A DNA stretch of 64,000 nt from NCBI GenBank assembly GCA_001244265.2, contig CDLV01000013.1, positions 620,001 to 684,000 on the forward strand, given 5' to 3'. Within the stretch, counting starts at the first letter, position 1, and each line of letters opens with the position of its first letter. A model generated the notes under the pieces. That model was given only the letters and a program-made list of their open reading frames with translations, made no database searches and was not told the DNA's origin. The stretch is from Microbotryum violaceum (taxonomy: Eukaryota). Shown piece after piece: positions 63,195-64,000 of the stretch. The position numbers were made by a program, and so were the translations under genes.

Positions 63195-64000
63195 TCATTT
63201 GGATCCAGTTCGGGCCCAATCGAGATGGGCACCGACAGCTTGCAATCGCTCCATAGCTACCTTCCGCAACTGCTCGAACGCGAGCTTTTGTCGTTCCTCA
63301 TCCGAGATCACGGGAATACCATCGAACTGCGTCGGGTCCGTCATACTCGCGGACCCGGCTGTCTCGACGGCGCTGTCGGCAGGTCGCAAGATCTCCTGAC
63401 TCAAGCGTGACAAAGACGATTCGCCTCCCTTACGCATCACCGAAGCACCAACGAGTGACCTCGATCGTCGTTGGTCGATCAATCTCTCGACCAGGACTCT
63501 CCCCGCCGCACTTCTCGAGCTCCTCCTGCCGAGCTTGTTCGTCGACCTCCGGCCTCGGCCCTTGTCGTTCTCGCGAACGTCCTGTTCGTTATCATCAAAG
63601 AGCCCGCGACGACCCTCGCTCCATCGTTGCGGTTTTTTGAAGAGTTGATCAAAGTCCCATCGGTTGTAGCTCGTCGCTTCCATCGTCAGCGGATGAGCTC
63701 CGCTTCCCCCCTCGATCTGCGAGGTCGGTGGCGTCGATGCGACCGAAAAGGCTTCTTCGGCCGTTGGCATGTCGCCCGAGGATGACGAGACGAAGCTCGC
63801 ATTGGCGTTGCGATGCATGTACATTGGGCCCGCCATCGAGGATGAAGGCGTACCTGACCAGTTCGGTGATGAGAAGCCCGACCGGATCGCCGACAGGGTC
63901 TGCTGCTCGGGGCTGAAGAGGGGCGACGCATCTTCTTTCTCGGCATCGAAGGAGGAAAATGACGATGACGACGACGGAAAGGAAGCTGCTCCCGGAAAAG
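63195..64000 (-). CDS. 3' part of an uncharacterised S/P-rich protein running off the window end
   Basis: ORF 63195-63836 stays open upstream toward the window edge. It has a helical C-terminus (EERQKLAFEQLRKVAMERLQAVGAHLDW) and no recognised domain. Confidence 0.45.
   Translation of the reverse strand, partial: FPGAASFPSSSSSFSSFDAEKEDASPLFSPEQQTLSAIRSGFSSPNWSGTPSSSMAGPMYMHRNANASFVSSSSGDMPTAEEAFSVASTPPTSQIEGGSGAHPLTMEATSYNRWDFDQLFKKPQRWSEGRRGLFDDNEQDVRENDKGRGRRSTNKLGRRSSRSAAGRVLVERLIDQRRSRSLVGASVMRKGGESSLSRLSQEILRPADSAVETAGSASMTDPTQFDGIPVISDEERQKLAFEQLRKVAMERLQAVGAHLDWARTGSK

Overview
Eukaryotic, intron-rich fungal genomic DNA. Gene content and GT-AG introns with CTRAY branch points suggest a basidiomycete, probably Pucciniomycotina/Microbotryomycetes (inference). 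No rRNA, tRNA, CRISPR array or prokaryotic system could be supported. I assembled about 19 spliced host genes by eye: a PPR protein, COA1, a Voa1/Big1-like protein, PSO2/SNM1, eEF2, a coiled-coil protein, a multi-modular AA14-type LPMO, RRB1, a DHX29-like helicase, IES1, SPB1, a CE4 deacetylase-like protein, a Mid2-like membrane protein, EMG1, YAE1, an MBF-type APSES/ankyrin factor, a CFEM-like secreted protein, ALG10 and a partial unknown gene. Two transposable elements are present. The most unusual items are: (1) a 2.35-kb Ty1/copia derivative with TG...TA LTRs and an intact TSD that keeps only RT-RNase H and carries a 96-bp fold-back of its own gag start inside an unbroken ORF; (2) a 3.7-kb element with long terminal inverted repeats encoding a GCM-like zinc DNA-binding domain but no visible transposase core, just beyond an MCB-box cluster upstream of the MBF gene; (3) a secreted chitin-deacetylase-fold protein with four key catalytic or metal-binding residues substituted; (4) an AA14 LPMO fused to an unrecognised Trp-rich module and a discoidin/CBM32-like domain. 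Family assignments come from motif recognition, not database searches, and exon boundaries are manual predictions.
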